Both the position numbers and the translations under genes were made by a program. From the NCBI RefSeq assembly GCF_004010195.1, contig NC_057749.1:22478976-22542975 (forward strand): a stretch of DNA of 64,000 nt. The letters are read 5' to 3'. The DNA comes from Chiloscyllium plagiosum (taxonomy: Eukaryota). Below the pieces are notes generated by a model. It was not told where the DNA came from, did not search any database, and saw only the letters and a program-made list of their open reading frames with translations. Positions 36,591 through 49,009 of this stretch are shown here, piece after piece (positions within the stretch are counted from its first letter, which is position 1; each line of letters starts with the position of its first letter).

Positions 36591-36952
36591 ACAGGAACCA
36601 AGACAGAGTATTAGAAAAGAGTACGGGGTTCTTTAAATTCTTGGACGAGATAGATAGGACTAGCATCGAGGGAATAGCAAGTTCATCGGTGAAGTCAGAG
36701 TATGGGAAAAAATTAATCAAGTGTGCGGGGGGTTACTCTGCATCTGTATGAATGCACAGAGTATCAGAAATAACATCAGGGAGCTACAGACATGGGGAAT
36801 TATGATCGCATTCCTGATGAAGAGCTTATGCTCTAAATATCGACTCCCCTGCTCCTCGGATGCTGCCTGGCTGGCATGCTTTGCCAGCGCCACACTTTTT
36901 GACTCTGCAGCCCCACCTGCAGCCCCCACTTTCTCCTATGGGGAACTATAAT

Positions 36953-37210
36953 GTCATAGAATCCTGACAGTGCAGAAAGCAGACCATTCAGCCCATCAAG
37001 TCTGCACCGACCCTTCAAAGTGTCCCACGGAGATCCATCCCATCCCACGGCTAACCCACCAAACCTGCTCACCTTTGAACTGCAGGAGGAAACGCACACA
37101 GACACAGGGAGAATGCTTAAACTCCACGTAGACAGTCACCCAAGGGTGCACTTGAACCCAGATCCCTGGCACCGTGAGGCAGCAGTGCCAACCATTGAGC
37201 CACCATGCTG
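36953..37210 (-). mobile_element. HE1-type V-SINE (degenerate)
   Basis: Minus-strand V-domain and head. Confidence 0.7.
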
Positions 37211-37429
37211 CCTATCTTGTGGTGGCAACAGAGTTCTGGCTTTAGGAAGGGTAAGACTGATATTAAATATTCTGGGTCAGAAAAGATAGAAAGGAAAGGA
37301 AAGGAGAACGAGTAGCAGTATTGGATAGGAGAGCATTGTAGTGCTGGAGAAAGGGTGTCTCACGGGGTTCAAGGACAGAATCAATTTGGCCAGAGTTAAG
37401 GATCATTGCCAATGTGGTTCTGTAGTAGA

Positions 37430-37810
37430 CAGACAGGAGGCTGGAAGAACACAGCAAGCCAGGCAGCATCAGGAGTGGGAGAAGTTGACGTTATGGGCCC
37501 TTCTTCAGGACTGGGGGGTGGATAGAATTGAATTGAATTGAATTTATTGTCACGTGTACCAAGGCACAGTGAAAAGCTTTGTCTTGCGAGCAATAAAAAG
37601 TGTGAGGGTGTGGAGGTAAAGGGGGTGGAGGGGGCAGGATGGTGAATTGGGGATAGCTGAAGACAGGCAGAGGGTATGACCTGGTTGGTCAATGAATCCA
37701 GTAGGTGGTTGGGAGGAATGGAAGGGGAGGGGCTTAGAAGGGAGTTTGGGTGGGGGGGGTGGGGGGAGAGAAGGGACGCTATTTGAAATCGAAGAACTCA
37801 ACGTTTTGTC
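37430..37810 (-). mobile_element. PLE family A-related 3' fragment with a Rex1 tail inserted (37525-37600)
   Basis: GGCTGGAAGAACACAGCAAGCCAGGCAGCATC terminus, purine-rich 3'UTR, inserted (AATTG)n/ATTGTCACG tail. Confidence 0.6.
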
Positions 37811-39045
37811 CTCCCTCCTTCAGGAAGGAGATACTGCTACCTAGCCCAATATCATCCATCTTACACGCTCGGTCCCACTGACTGCAACATTTCAGAAGCA
37901 CCAGGCACAAGGATGGAATGTGCTGCGGGACTCCTCAAACCACTCCCCTTAACCGTCCCCCAACCCCAAAGCACTCTCGCCTGTGGTTGCAGTCTTGTAA
38001 CTCCAAGATGCTTCGGCATGTTTAACTGTGCAAAGTAAAGGGTCGCCCCCAATGACATACAATTGGAGAGTTCCACTAAAGCCACACATCAACGCACCAT
38101 GACTGCCAACAACGTTGCAACCAACTGAGACGGCATCGTGCCCATATTTGTCAGTAAAACTGCCTGCTATGGGCCAAGTGCTGGAAATTGGGTCCATTGT
38201 AGACTTAAGGTCTGCACCAAGAAAAACTGTTAACTGAAGGGCCTGTTCTGTAGTGTCTGATTCTATGATAGGCCCAAACCGCTCAAACTCTCCTCGTAAG
38301 ACAAACCTTACACCCCTGGAATTAACGTAGTGAACATTCTCTGTACTTCCTCCAATACAATTCCATCCTATTGGGAATATAGACAGAAAAATATCAGACA
38401 TTCCAATCAATGTCATTATTCTAGAGATAAGAATAATGCCACACATTGACAACTAATTTCGGGAACAACACATGGACAGGCTTCACTGCTCACTAGATGG
38501 GAGTGAGAGTTCATCACCAGGGATTGCCTCTGCTCACTATTACTCATTCCAGGCCACAGGAGACCCCTATTCACTGAGCAACTGCAGGCTCTGTCAATGT
38601 GAACAAGTTGGATTCAGCCGTACTGTTGATATTTGTGGAAATGAATCCAAACTGGCAAACTATTTCTGCATAATATCCAAGACAGTCATGAGTGGTCAAT
38701 GAAACATCCACTGCCCTGAAGGGGAGAGAAGGCCAGTTACGGCAAGTTATTCCCAAGGAGTGATGTGGTGAGGTGTGTCCAGGAGAGAGGAAAGAGGCAG
38801 CTTTGGCAGGAGAGTTCAATTCACTAGTCGGTGTTTGGGGTTTTGCCTGTGTGACTCATTGTCAAGGCAGACTGGCAGAGAGCTCCCGAGTGTGGATGCT
38901 CCCAAGAAAGTGCGTATTAAAACCATGTGTCTGAGTGATCTCAGTCTGTACACCCACACTGTCACTATTCTGAGCTGCTAGATAATGTCGTCAGTCAACC
39001 CAAGGGCAATTTCACTGTGTAGTCAAAACATCTTGGATGCCTCGA

Positions 39046-39320
39046 GGGCAACACAGTGGTTAGCAATGCTGTTTCATAGCACCAGGGACCCGAGGTCAAT
39101 TTGAACCTCAGGTGACTGTGTGGAGTTTACACGTTCTCCCCGTGTCTGTGGAGGTGTCCTTCCACAGTCCAAATGTGTGCAGATTAGGTGGATTGCTCAT
39201 GATAACTGTGGGGTTATGGTGATAGGACTGGGGGGTGGTGGGTCAAGGTGGGGTGCTCTTTGGAGGGTCAGTGCAGACTTGATGGGTTGAATGGCCTCCA
39301 TCTGCAATGCTGGGATTCTA
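39046..39320 (+). mobile_element. HE1-type V-SINE (degenerate)
   Basis: Head, V-domain and tail. Confidence 0.75.
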
Positions 39321-39349
39321 ATTCACGATCATGTTTGTCTGATATTGTC

Positions 39350-39640
39350 CTCCTCCCATACTCTGCTACGTACTCCGCTACATCTTCCCTCCTTGCCTCT
39401 CCCCTTCTGCCTTCCCCAACAACTTGACTTCCTCTCCCTCTCTTCCCTCATCCTCTCACTCCTCCCCTCTCCTTCTTTTCTCCCTCTCCTGGCCCTTATC
39501 CCCGTTCTTTTCCTTCATCTCCCTTCCCTCTTCTCGCCCCCTCTTTTTTTTTTAAAGCCTTCCCTCATTTCTTCCTGATCTCTCCTGCTCCCCATCCTTT
39601 CCTCCTCTCTCTCCTCCCATCCTCTTTCTCTCCCTCTTCC
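39350..39640. repeat. Polypyrimidine (CT-rich) low-complexity tract
   Basis: Direct inspection. Confidence 0.85.
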
Positions 39641-40227
39641 AGTCAGTGAGTTTTACTCCCAAATCCTTCAATTGTAACTGCAAATGAATCCAAGATGAAC
39701 CAGTTATTCCTGTGCATTGCAAATAGTGCTCACAATGACTGGTACCCCTCCAAGCCTCAACATGCAAGATGTACAGATGCATAAACCAACAACCCTAAAT
39801 TCTTACTTAGCTATCTCAATAGGAAGGGTTTATGAGTTCACTTGGTAATTTGCATGCATGGAGAATATAGTCATAGAGTCATAGAGATGCACAGCACAGA
39901 AACAGACCCTTCGGTCCAACTCGTCCATGCCGACCAGATATCCCAACCCAATCAAGTCCCACCTGTCAGCACCCGGCCCATATCCCTCAAGATCCTTCTT
40001 AATCATAGAAGATGGGAATATGGTCTCTCAGATTTACTCTTTGGCCCTACAGTCAGCATTTGCTGTCAAGTGCTGTAAAACTACTGTAAAAGTGGGTGGC
40101 ATGGTGACACAGTAGTTAGCACTGCTGCCTCACAGTGCCAGAGACCCGGGTTCAATCCCCGCCTCCCATCCTCTTTCTCTCCCTCTTCATATGAGATGCT
40201 AAAGGGGGTTGACAAAGTAGACATAGT

Positions 40228-40519
40228 GGGTGGCACAGCGGTTAGCACTGCTGCCTCACAGTGCCAGAGACCCGGGTTCATTTCCTGGCTCAGGCAACTG
40301 TCTGTGTGGAGTTTGCACATTCTCCCTGTGTCTGCGTGGGTTTCCTCTCACAGTCCGAAAATGTGCAGGTTAGGTGAATTGGCCAAGTTAAATTACCTGT
40401 AGTGTTAGGTTAAGGGGTAAATGTAGGGGAATGGGTCTAGGTGGGTTGCGCTTCAGCGGCTCGGTGTGGACTAGTTGGGCCGAAGGGCCTGTTTCCACAC
40501 TGTAAGTAATCTAATCTAA
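40228..40519 (+). mobile_element. HE1-type V-SINE (isolated extra head at 40094-40162)
   Basis: Head, V-domain and (AATCT)n tail. Confidence 0.85.
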
Positions 40520-40536
40520 ACTACTCTCTGTTTCTG

Positions 40537-40757
40537 GGAGAAAGTGAGCACTGCAGATGCTGGAGATCAGAATCGAAGAGTGTGGTGCCAGAAAAGCAGT
40601 CAGGCAGCATCCGAGGAGCAGAACAGTCGACGTTTCGGGCATAAGCTCTTCATCAGGAATGACGTTCCAGATGAAGGGCTTTTGCCTGAAACGTCGATTC
40701 CCCAGCTCCTCAGATGCTGCCTGACTGGCTGTGCTTTCCCAGCACCGCACACTTTGA
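40537..40757. mobile_element. PLE family A fold-back with TSD
   Basis: CTACTCTCTGTTTCTG (40521-40536) / CTACTCTTTGTTTCTG (40758-40773); two degenerate hammerheads back to back. Confidence 0.85.
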
Positions 40758-41114
40758 CTACTCTTTGTTTCTGTTCCTGGGAATCCTCCTTTGTTCATTT
40801 TCAAATTGTAAAAGTCACATCAGCTTTAAAATAGCGTTACGAGGACAATGTTTTGACAGAGTGAATTGTTGTGAGCTGGAATCTGAAGGGACGGTGGGAA
40901 CAGATTCAATAGGAACTTCCAGAAGCAATACTTGAAAAGAGAAATGGTCAAGATTGGGACCAATTGAATAGCTCTTCCTGAGAGACAGCATGAGTATAGT
41001 ATGCCAAATGGCCTCCCTTTATGCTGCATGATTCTATGATGATTGCCTCTGGTTGACAGATGAAATCCAGTGGATTAAGATCCAGAGTAGGGAGTTCAAA
41101 ACTTGAGGGCGTAC

Positions 41115-41365
41115 GATTAATTGATTGATTTATCGTCACATTTAGCGACATACAGTGATAGGTTTTGTTCTGTGTGTTACACAGACAGATTGTACAATAC
41201 AAAATGTATCAGCAGAACAGAGTGCAGGATACGGTGTTACAGCCACAGAGAAGGTGCAGAGAGAGATCAATATTAATATTTCAGAGGTCTATTCAAGTGT
41301 CTGATAACAGCAGGGAAGAAGCTGTTCTTGAATCTGTTGGTACGTGTTTTCAAACCTTTTATTAA
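41115..41365 (-). mobile_element. Rex1-type LINE 3' fragment
   Basis: Reverse complement of the 10340-10600-type end with (TGAT)n tail. Confidence 0.7.
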
Positions 41366-41384
41366 TCTTCCCCCCCCCCTTCTA

Positions 41385-41645
41385 AGGTCAGAGGGGAAAG
41401 ACTTAAAAGGAATCTAAGGGGCATTTTTTTCATTCAGAGGGTGGTGTGTGTATGGAGTGAGGAAGTCGTGGAGGCTGGTACAATTATAACATTTAAAAGG
41501 CATCTGGATGGGTAGATGAATAGGAAGGGGTTGGAGGGATATGGGCCAAATGCTGGCAAATGGGACGAGATTAATTTAGGATATGTGGTTGGCGTGGACA
41601 AGTTGAACTAAAGGGTCTGTTTTCATGTTGTACATCTCTATGACA
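41385..41645 (+). mobile_element. CR1-clade LINE 3' fragment
   Basis: GAGGCTGGTACAATTATAACATTTAAAAGGCATCTGGATGGG plus tail. Confidence 0.8.
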
Positions 41646-41689
41646 CTACAAACCCTGTGGGAAACCCTGAATGAATCGGGACATATGGA

Positions 41690-42372
41690 ACCTGCGAAAG
41701 ATCAGGAGACCCACTCAAATATAAGGAATCCAAGTATGACCATCGCACAGCCAAGGACCAATACCGATCCAAACCAGAGACCCAGACAGACACCCGGTGA
41801 CTATGGCAAGGACTGAATGACATCACAGGTTCTAAAGAGAGGCAGTGCAAGATAGCAGACGATGACACATCCCTCCCAGATCATCTCGATGCCTTCAATG
41901 CTTGCTTTGAGCAGAATTTCGGCGGACAAGTCACTGCATCAGAGGTCAGATCAGTTTTTCTTTGTGTGAATCCAAGGAAAGCGATGGGACCAGACGGAGT
42001 ACCAGGCCGTGCACTCAGAGCATGCGCAGGTCAACTGGCAGAGGTCTTCTCAGACACCTTCAACCTCTCCCTGTAGCAGGCCACTGTCCCTGCCTGTTTC
42101 ATCCTCTACCATTGGGGAGAAGGTAGAGAAGCCTGAACACACGAACCAGCCAGTTTCAAAACAGTTTCCACCCTACTGTTGTTAGAATACTGAATGGACT
42201 CACAAACTCCTAACATTCGCCTGTACCTGTGTTTTTGTTTTTGCCACTGTTTAGCTATTATTTACTTGTCTATGCTACTTAAGTCTGTGATCTGCCTGCA
42301 TTGCTCGCAAGACAAAGCTGCCGCCCAACTTGCTATGCCTCCGTACACGTGACAATAAATTCAATTCAATTC
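41690..42372 (+). mobile_element. Internally deleted Rex1/Babar-type LINE
   Basis: VNPRKAMGPDGVPGRALRACAGQLAEVFSDTFNLSL (RT N-terminus) fused to the 3' end with GTGACAATAAA-(TTCAA)n. Confidence 0.8.
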
Positions 42373-42947
42373 AAGTTGATTGGCTTCATGATAATAATGC
42401 ATTGTATCACCTATAGGGAGAAGATTCGAACTGGGAGCTTTCCTATGTTTGGGCACCATTCATCGAACCAAGGCCTGGGAACCAGATCTATCAGCAACAA
42501 CTTGTAAAATGTGGACCAAATTACAGGAAGCCTTATGTTTTGCTGTTAATGATATATACCCTGCAGCTTACATTAATCACAAGAACATCAAACGAATCCA
42601 GTCCAGCAACTCTCATCAGGAGAATCTCTGTCAGATGGCAGTGTGGATATTACACCATAATCTCCTTAAGTAAGTCAATAGTTGCAACAAACATATTGCA
42701 AGGACTTCATTAGATGCAATATTATGGTTTTTTTGAAAAGTACTTAAAAAGTCATAGGACCACAGAAAGATACAGTGCAGAATGAGGCCATTCATTCCAT
42801 TGTGCCTGTGCTAGCTCTTTGGAAGAGCTTCTCCTACTCCTTTCTCATCCTCGATACATTATTCTGCTTCAAGCATTTATTTGATTCACTCTTGTAAGTC
42901 ATGAATGAATCTGCCTCCATCACCCTTTCCTCATCGTAACAACATTC

Positions 42948-43270
42948 ACAGAATCCCTAGAATGAGGAAGGCGGCCATTCAGCCCATCGAGTCCATACCA
43001 ACTCTCCAAAGAGCATCCCACTCACCTACCCTATAAACATGCATTTCCCACAGTTAACCCACCCTGGACACCATGAGACAATTCAGCATGACCAATCCAC
43101 CTAACTGGGACATCGTTGGACTGCAGGAGGAAACCGGAGCGCATGGAAAAAACCCCACGCAGACACAGGGAGAATGTGCAAACTCCACACAGTCAGCTGA
43201 GGCTGGAATCATATTTGGGTCCCTGGTGCTGTGAGGCAGCAGTGCTAAACACTGAGCCACTGTGCCACCC
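42948..43270 (-). mobile_element. HE1-type V-SINE
   Basis: Minus-strand full structure. Confidence 0.85.
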
Positions 43271-43318
43271 AACTTGCTGAATTGAATTGAATGGGTGCTA
43301 AAAATGTAGGAACAATCT

Positions 43319-43650
43319 TAGAAGTCCTACAATGTGGAAGCAGGCCATTTAGTCCATACCAACCTTCTGAAAAGTATCTCATCCTGATCAACTCCCCCTA
43401 ACCTTTCCCTGTAACCCTGCATTCCCCATGACTAACTCACTTTGCCTATTCCTGGATACTATAGGCTATTTAGTATGGCCAATCCACCTAAGCTGCACAT
43501 CTTTGGATTGTGGGAGGAAACCGGAGCACCCAGAGAAAACCCACACAGAAATGGGGAGGATGTGCAAACTCCACTCAAGAGAGTTGCCTGAGGCTGGAAT
43601 CGAACCTGGGTCCCTAGTGCTATGAGGCAACATTGCTAACCACTGAGCCA
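43319..43650 (-). mobile_element. HE1-type V-SINE
   Basis: Minus-strand full structure. Confidence 0.85.
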
Positions 43651-44088
43651 GTGTTATAGACTCCTAAACAATTAGAGGGAGAGAACAGCAAGCACGTAGG
43701 CAGCTTTCTAAAAAATAAATAAAAATCTGGACAGGAATAAAAAAGGATTTTGATTTACTCCAATATTAATTCAAACAATCATTCAAATATGAACAAAATG
43801 TTACAGAGGTGAGGTCAGAGTGATTAGTCTTGACATTAAGGAGCCAATCGAATTGGGGTGAAAACTCTGTTGGTTGAGTCATACATGGGACATGGGAAGA
43901 TGGTTGTGGGTATTGGAGATTAGCCCTCTCAGCTCCAGGACATCTCTGCAGGAGTTCCTCAGAGTAGTGTCGTCGGCCCAACCACCTTCAGCTGCTTCAT
44001 CAATGACCTTCCCTCCATCATAAGGTCAGAAGCAGGACTGTTTTCTGATGGTTGCACAATGTTCAGCACCATTCACATATCTTCAGAT

Positions 44089-44415
44089 ATTAGATTAGAT
44101 TCCCTACAGTGTGGGAACTGGCCCTTTGGCCCAACCAGTCCAAACCGACCCTCCCAAGAGTAACCCACCCAGACACACTTCCCTCTGACTAATGCACCTA
44201 TCCCTATGGACAATTAAGCATGGCCAATTCACATCATTCACACTGACCTGCACATCTTTGGACTGTGGGAGGAAACCGGAGCACCCGGAGGAAACCCACG
44301 CAGACACGGGGAGAATGTGCAAACTCCACACAGACAGTCGCCCAAGGCTGGAATCGAACCTGGGACCCTGGTGCTGTGAGGCAGCAGTGCTAACCACTGA
44401 GCCACCATGCCACCC
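44089..44415 (-). mobile_element. HE1-type V-SINE
   Basis: Minus-strand full structure. Confidence 0.9.
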
Positions 44416-44779
44416 CAATATTGAAGGTGCCCATGTTGAAATTCAGCAAACCCCAGACAATATCCAGTGGCAAGTAACATGTCTACCACACAAGTGCCAG
44501 CCAACAGACATTTTCAACCAGAGAGAATCCAACTACCATACCTTGTAAAGCTATCTCTACACAGTCCCCAGTCAAACACTCCCAGGACAATGGAGCATTA
44601 TCTTTGCTGAATCTGCACTATCAACAGCCTGGGGGTTATCATTGACCAGAAACTGAATTGCATTTGCCTTATACACACAATGTTGACGAGAGCAGTTCAG
44701 TGGCAAGAACCCCTGCAGCAACTAACTCACTCCATGTCTTCCCCCAAAGCATGCCCACCATCTACAAGGAGTGAAGGAA

Positions 44780-45099
44780 TTAGATTAGATTAGATTACAT
44801 TACATTATATTCCATTACAGTGTGGAAACAGGCCCTTCGGCCCAACAAGTCCACACCGACCCGCCGAAGCGCAACCCACCCATACCCCTTACCTAACACT
44901 ACGAGCAATTTAGCATAGCCAATTCACCTGACCTGCACATCTTTGGATTGTGGGGAAACCGGAGCACCCGGAGGAAACCCACGCAGACACGGGGAGAACG
45001 TGCAAACTCCACACAGTCAGTCGCCTGAGGCGGGAATTGAACCCGGGTCTCCGGCGCTGTGAGGCAGCAGTGCTAACCACTGTGCCACCGTGCCGCCCA
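44780..45099 (-). mobile_element. Young HE1-type V-SINE
   Basis: CpG-rich full-length copy with head GGGCGGCACGGTGGCACAGTGG and (TCTAA)n tail. Confidence 0.9.
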
Positions 45100-45336
45100 C
45101 TAATGGGGAATATTCCCCATTTGCCTGGATGGGTGCAGCTCCAACAACACTCAAGAAGCTTGACATCATCCAGGACAAAGCAATCTGCTCGATTGGCTGC
45201 AGATTTACAAGCACCCATTTCCTCCACCACCAATGCTCAGTTGCAGCAGTGTGTACTATCTCCAAGATGCACTGCAGAAATTCACCAGGGCTCCTTAGAC
45301 AGCACCTTCCAAACCCATGACTACTTCCATCTTTTG

Positions 45337-45565
45337 ATTTGGAGTTGCTGGTGTAGGACTGGGGTGGACAAAGTTAAAAATCACACAACACCAGGTTATA
45401 GTCCGACAGGTTTATTTGGAAGCACTAGCTTTCGGATCGGCGCTCCTTCATCAGGTGGTTGTGGAGTATCCATAACTACCTGATGAAGGAGCAGCGCTCC
45501 GAAAGCTAGTGCTTCCAAATAAACCTGCCGGACTATAACCTGGTGTTGTGTGATTTTTAACTTTG
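45337..45565. mobile_element. PLE family B fold-back with TSD
   Basis: About 95-bp inverted arms; TACTTCCATCT (45322-45332) / TACTTCCACCT (45566-45576). Confidence 0.85.
45477..45511 (+). ncRNA. Minimal hammerhead ribozyme motif (family B), intact core
   Basis: TAC-CTGATGA-A-GGAGC-AGC-GCTCC-GAAA-GC-TA-GTG: 5-bp stem II, palindromic AGCU stem III, CUA triplet, 3-bp stem I. Confidence 0.75.
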
Positions 45566-46539
45566 TACTTCCACCTCAAAGGACACAGGCAGCAGGCAAA
45601 TGGGAATACTGCTCCCTGCAAGTTGCCTAAGCCGTTCACCATCTTGACTGAGAAATATATGGCCATTCTTCCAGTCAGTCACTGGGTTAGAATCCTGGAA
45701 TCCCCTCCCTAACAGCGCGGTCGGTGTACCTTCAGCAAATAGAATGCAGTCTTTCAAGAAGGCAGTTCACCAGTGCCTTTGGAAGGCCAACGAGAGATGG
45801 GCAATACACGCTGCCCCTGCCAGTGATACCCACTTCCCATTCATGAATGAATGAAATGAAATAAAACCGGCACTGGAAGTGCAGGGGATGCAAAACCCTT
45901 AAACTGCTTTTTGGTGGACTTTTTTTTTAAAAGCCAGTATCTAGCAACCCCACAGGAGAAAGGGGCATCTGTGGACTTAGTTTTCGGAAAGAATGCTGGG
46001 AAGTTTGAAGGGATATCAATGTGAGAGCCTTTTGATAAGACTAATCACAATTCAGTGGAGTTATGGAAACGTCTAAAAGTAGAGACTAAAAGTTCTAAAT
46101 TAAGTAAACAACAATTTTGGAACGTTGAGACGGAAAAACAGATGCAAAACTACAGACTGGAATCAACACCCTGTGGTAGCACATACTGGCAACTGATCTG
46201 CCGCATACCTTTAATCAATAACACTGACTGCAAGTATTTCCAAAGTTTAACTGCATAACATGCACAAGGTAACAGTAAGGTTTTGTTCATGAAAGTCCTG
46301 CTGCACATTATATTTGGATTGCGTCATATTTGTAAAATTACTTTACATCAGATACCAATATTGTCTGAAGCCCAGAGAAATAGATGGAAAGTGTCAGGGG
46401 TGAAATTAAAAAGGAGATTAGGAAGGCAAGAGAGAACATGAGAAAATACTGGCAAGAAAATCCGAGTAAACCCAACCTTATTTTATAATCATGGAGCTAT
46501 AAAGCACGGAAACAGACCCTTTGCACTAACTCATTGCTC

Positions 46540-47110
46540 AGACCATTGAATATATGAGTTGGCAAGTCACAATGAGGTTATACAGGACAATGGAGGGGCC
46601 TCTTCTGGAATACTGTGCCCAGTTCTGATCTCCCAGTTATAGGAAGGGTTCAGAAAAGATTTCCCAGGATGTTGCAAGGATTGGAGGACTTGAGTTGTAA
46701 AGGAGAGGCTGGATAGGCTGGGACATTTTTTCACTGGAGCTTAGGACTTTGAGGGGTGACCATATAGAGGTTAATTATAGCATGAGGGACATGGATAAGG
46801 TCTTTTCTCTAAGGCGGGCGGAGGTCAAAACTAGAGCGCATAATTTTAAGGTGAGCGGATAAAGATTTAAAATGGACCTCAAGGGCAACTTTTTCACACC
46901 AACGGGTGGTTGTTGTGCAGAATGAAGTGCTAGAGGAAGTGGTAATGCAGTTACAACATTTAAAAGAGTTTTGGACAGTTGCATAAACAGGAAAGAGGGA
47001 TATGAGCCAAACACAGGTAAATGGGACTAGTTTAGTTTGGGAAACTTGGTAGACATGGACAAGTTGAACTGGAGGGTCTGTTTCCATGCTGAGTGACTCT
47101 ATGACTCTAA
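46540..47110 (+). mobile_element. CR1-clade LINE 3' fragment (degenerate)
   Basis: CTGGAATACTGTGCCCAGTTCTG ... GGGCAACTTTTTCACAC ... ACTCTATG tail. Confidence 0.8.
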
Positions 47111-47422
47111 ATGATTCAGCACAGAAGGGGGCCATCTTGCCTCTGCCAACCCAAAGACAACCAGATCCCTTTCTAATCCCATTTTCCTGGACACAGTCCA
47201 TAGCCCTGCAACTTGCAGCACTTAAGATGCAGATCCAAGTATTTTTTGGAAGAGGTTAGGGTCTCTGCCTCCACCACCAGCTCAGGCACCCACCACCCTC
47301 TGTGTAGAAAAGTGTTTCCTCATGATGCCTCTAGTCTTCCGCCACTTCAACTGAATCTATGACGCCTAGTTTTTGAACTCTCTGCCAAGGGAAACACACT
47401 CCTCCGATCTATCTGTCTACTG

Positions 47423-47721
47423 GGGTGGCACGGTGGCTCAGTGGTTAGCATTGCTGCCTCACAGGGACCTGGGTTCAATTCCCACCATCAGGCGACTGTC
47501 TGTGTGGAGTTTGCACATTCTCCCCATATCTGTGTGGGTTTCCTCCACGTGCTGCGGTTTCCTCGCACAGCCCAAAGATGTGCAGGTCAGGTGAATTGGC
47601 CATTCCCGTAATGTTAAGGGTAAATATACGGAAATGGGTTTGGGTGGGCTATTCTTCAGAGGGTCAGTGTGGACTTATTGGGCCGAAGGTCCTGTTTCCA
47701 TACTGTAGGGAGTCTAATCTA
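47423..47721 (+). mobile_element. HE1-type V-SINE
   Basis: Full structure. Confidence 0.85.
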
Positions 47722-47726
47722 ATTAG

Positions 47727-47946
47727 ACCCCTACATTTACCTCTGACTCATGCACCTAACACTATGGGCAATTTAGCATGGCCAATTCACCTCAGTTGCA
47801 CATCTTTGGATTGTGGGAGGAAACCAGAGGAAACCCACACAGACACAGGGAGAATGCGCAAACTCCACACAGACAGTCACCCGAGTCGGGAATCGAACTC
47901 AGGTCCCTGGCGCTGTGAGGCTGCAGTGCTAACCACTGAGCCGCCC
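47727..47946 (-). mobile_element. HE1-type V-SINE (tail truncated)
   Basis: Minus-strand head and V-domain abutting the previous copy. Confidence 0.85.
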
Positions 47947-47989
47947 ATAATAATGTTATCACATAGTGGTGGAAGTATGCAGTTCTTAA

Positions 47990-48910
47990 AAATGTATTGC
48001 TGGAAAAGTGCAGCAGGTCAGGCAGCATCAAAGGAGCAGCAGAATCGACGTTTCGGGCAAAAGCCCTTCTTCAGGAATGAGGAGGGTGTGCCAAGCAGGC
48101 TAAGATAAAAGGTAGGGAGGAGGGACTTGGGGGAGGGGCGTTGGGAATACAATAGGTGGAAGGAGGTTAAGGTGAGAGTGATAGGCCGGAGAGAGGGTGT
48201 GGGCGGAGAGGTCGGGAAGAAGATTGCAGGACAAGAAGGCGGTGCTGAGTCTGAGGGANNNNNNNNNNNNNNNNNNNNNNNNNNNNNNNNNNNNNNNNNN
48301 NNNNNNNNNNNNNNNNNNNNNNNNNNNNNNNNNNNNNNNNNNNNNNNNNNNNNNNNNNNNNNNNNNNNNNNNNNNNNNNNNNNNNNNNNNNNNNNNNNNN
48401 NNNNNNNNNNNNNNNNNNNNNNNNNNNNNNNNNNNNNNNNNNNNNNNNNNTGGGCACAGGTTTTGCACTTCTTGCGGTTGCAGGGGAAGGTGCCGGGAGT
48501 GGAGGTTGGGTTGGTGGGGGGTGTGGACCTGACGAGGGAGTCGCGGAGGGAGTGGTCTCTCTAGAACTCCGATAGGGGTGGGGAGGGAAATATATCCCTG
48601 GTAGTGAGGTCTGTCTGGAGGTGGCGGAAAAGACGGAGGATGATACAATGTATCCGGAGATTGGTGGGGTGGAAGGTAAGGACAGTGGGGTTCTGCCCTG
48701 GTGCTGATTGGAGGGGCAGGGTTCAAGGGTGGAGGTGCAGGAAATGGAGGAGATGCGGTGGAGAGCATCGTCAACCGCGTCGGAGGGGAAATTGCGGTCT
48801 TTGAAGAAGGAGGCCATCTGGGTTGTTCGGTATTGGAATTGGTCCTCTTCGGAGCAGATGCAGCAAAGGTGAAGGAATTGGGAATATGGGATGGCGTTTT
48901 TACAGGGGGC
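47990..48910 (-). mobile_element. Penelope-like retroelement (Neptune-like) ORF remnant plus family A terminus, spanning a gap
   Basis: Minus strand reads KNAIPYSQFL...MASFFKDRNFPSDAVDDALHR...GTFPCNRKKCKTCA (RT thumb, linker, Cys motif) with frameshifts; N run at 48259-48450. Confidence 0.8.
48043..48078 (-). ncRNA. Minimal hammerhead ribozyme motif (family A), intact core
   Basis: Minus strand reads ATTC-CTGAAGA-A-GGGC-TTTT-GCCC-GAAA-CG-TC-GATT. Confidence 0.75.
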
Positions 48911-49009
48911 AGTATGCAGTTCACTGTGAATCTGCTGCTGTTGATGTTAATGCCATCTGCTGCCAGTAAGAGCCCTGGCAGATACTCAATCCCACTCCCC
49001 TTTCAGATA

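Larger units (their letters stand above)
43840..45860 (+). mobile_element. L2/Crack-like LINE (RT to 3' end) interrupted by two HE1 SINEs and a PLE fold-back
   Basis: GVPQSSVVGPTTFSCFINDLPSIIRSE; EYSPFAWMGAAPTTLKKLDIIQDKA; (ATGA)n tail at about 45845. Confidence 0.8.

Noticed and set aside
37949..38452. 167-aa minus-strand ORF
   Set aside because: No recognisable domain, and it runs through a CR1 3'-tail fragment at about 38235-38268; probably a chance ORF.
45030..45099. tRNA gene-like sequences with A and B boxes
   Set aside because: They are SINE heads followed by a V-domain and LINE tail; no complete cloverleaf could be supported.
44950..45483. 177-aa ORF and many similar ORFs containing CGRKPEHPEETH or VWSLHILPVS
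   Set aside because: Readings of the HE1 SINE and adjacent repeats, not genes.
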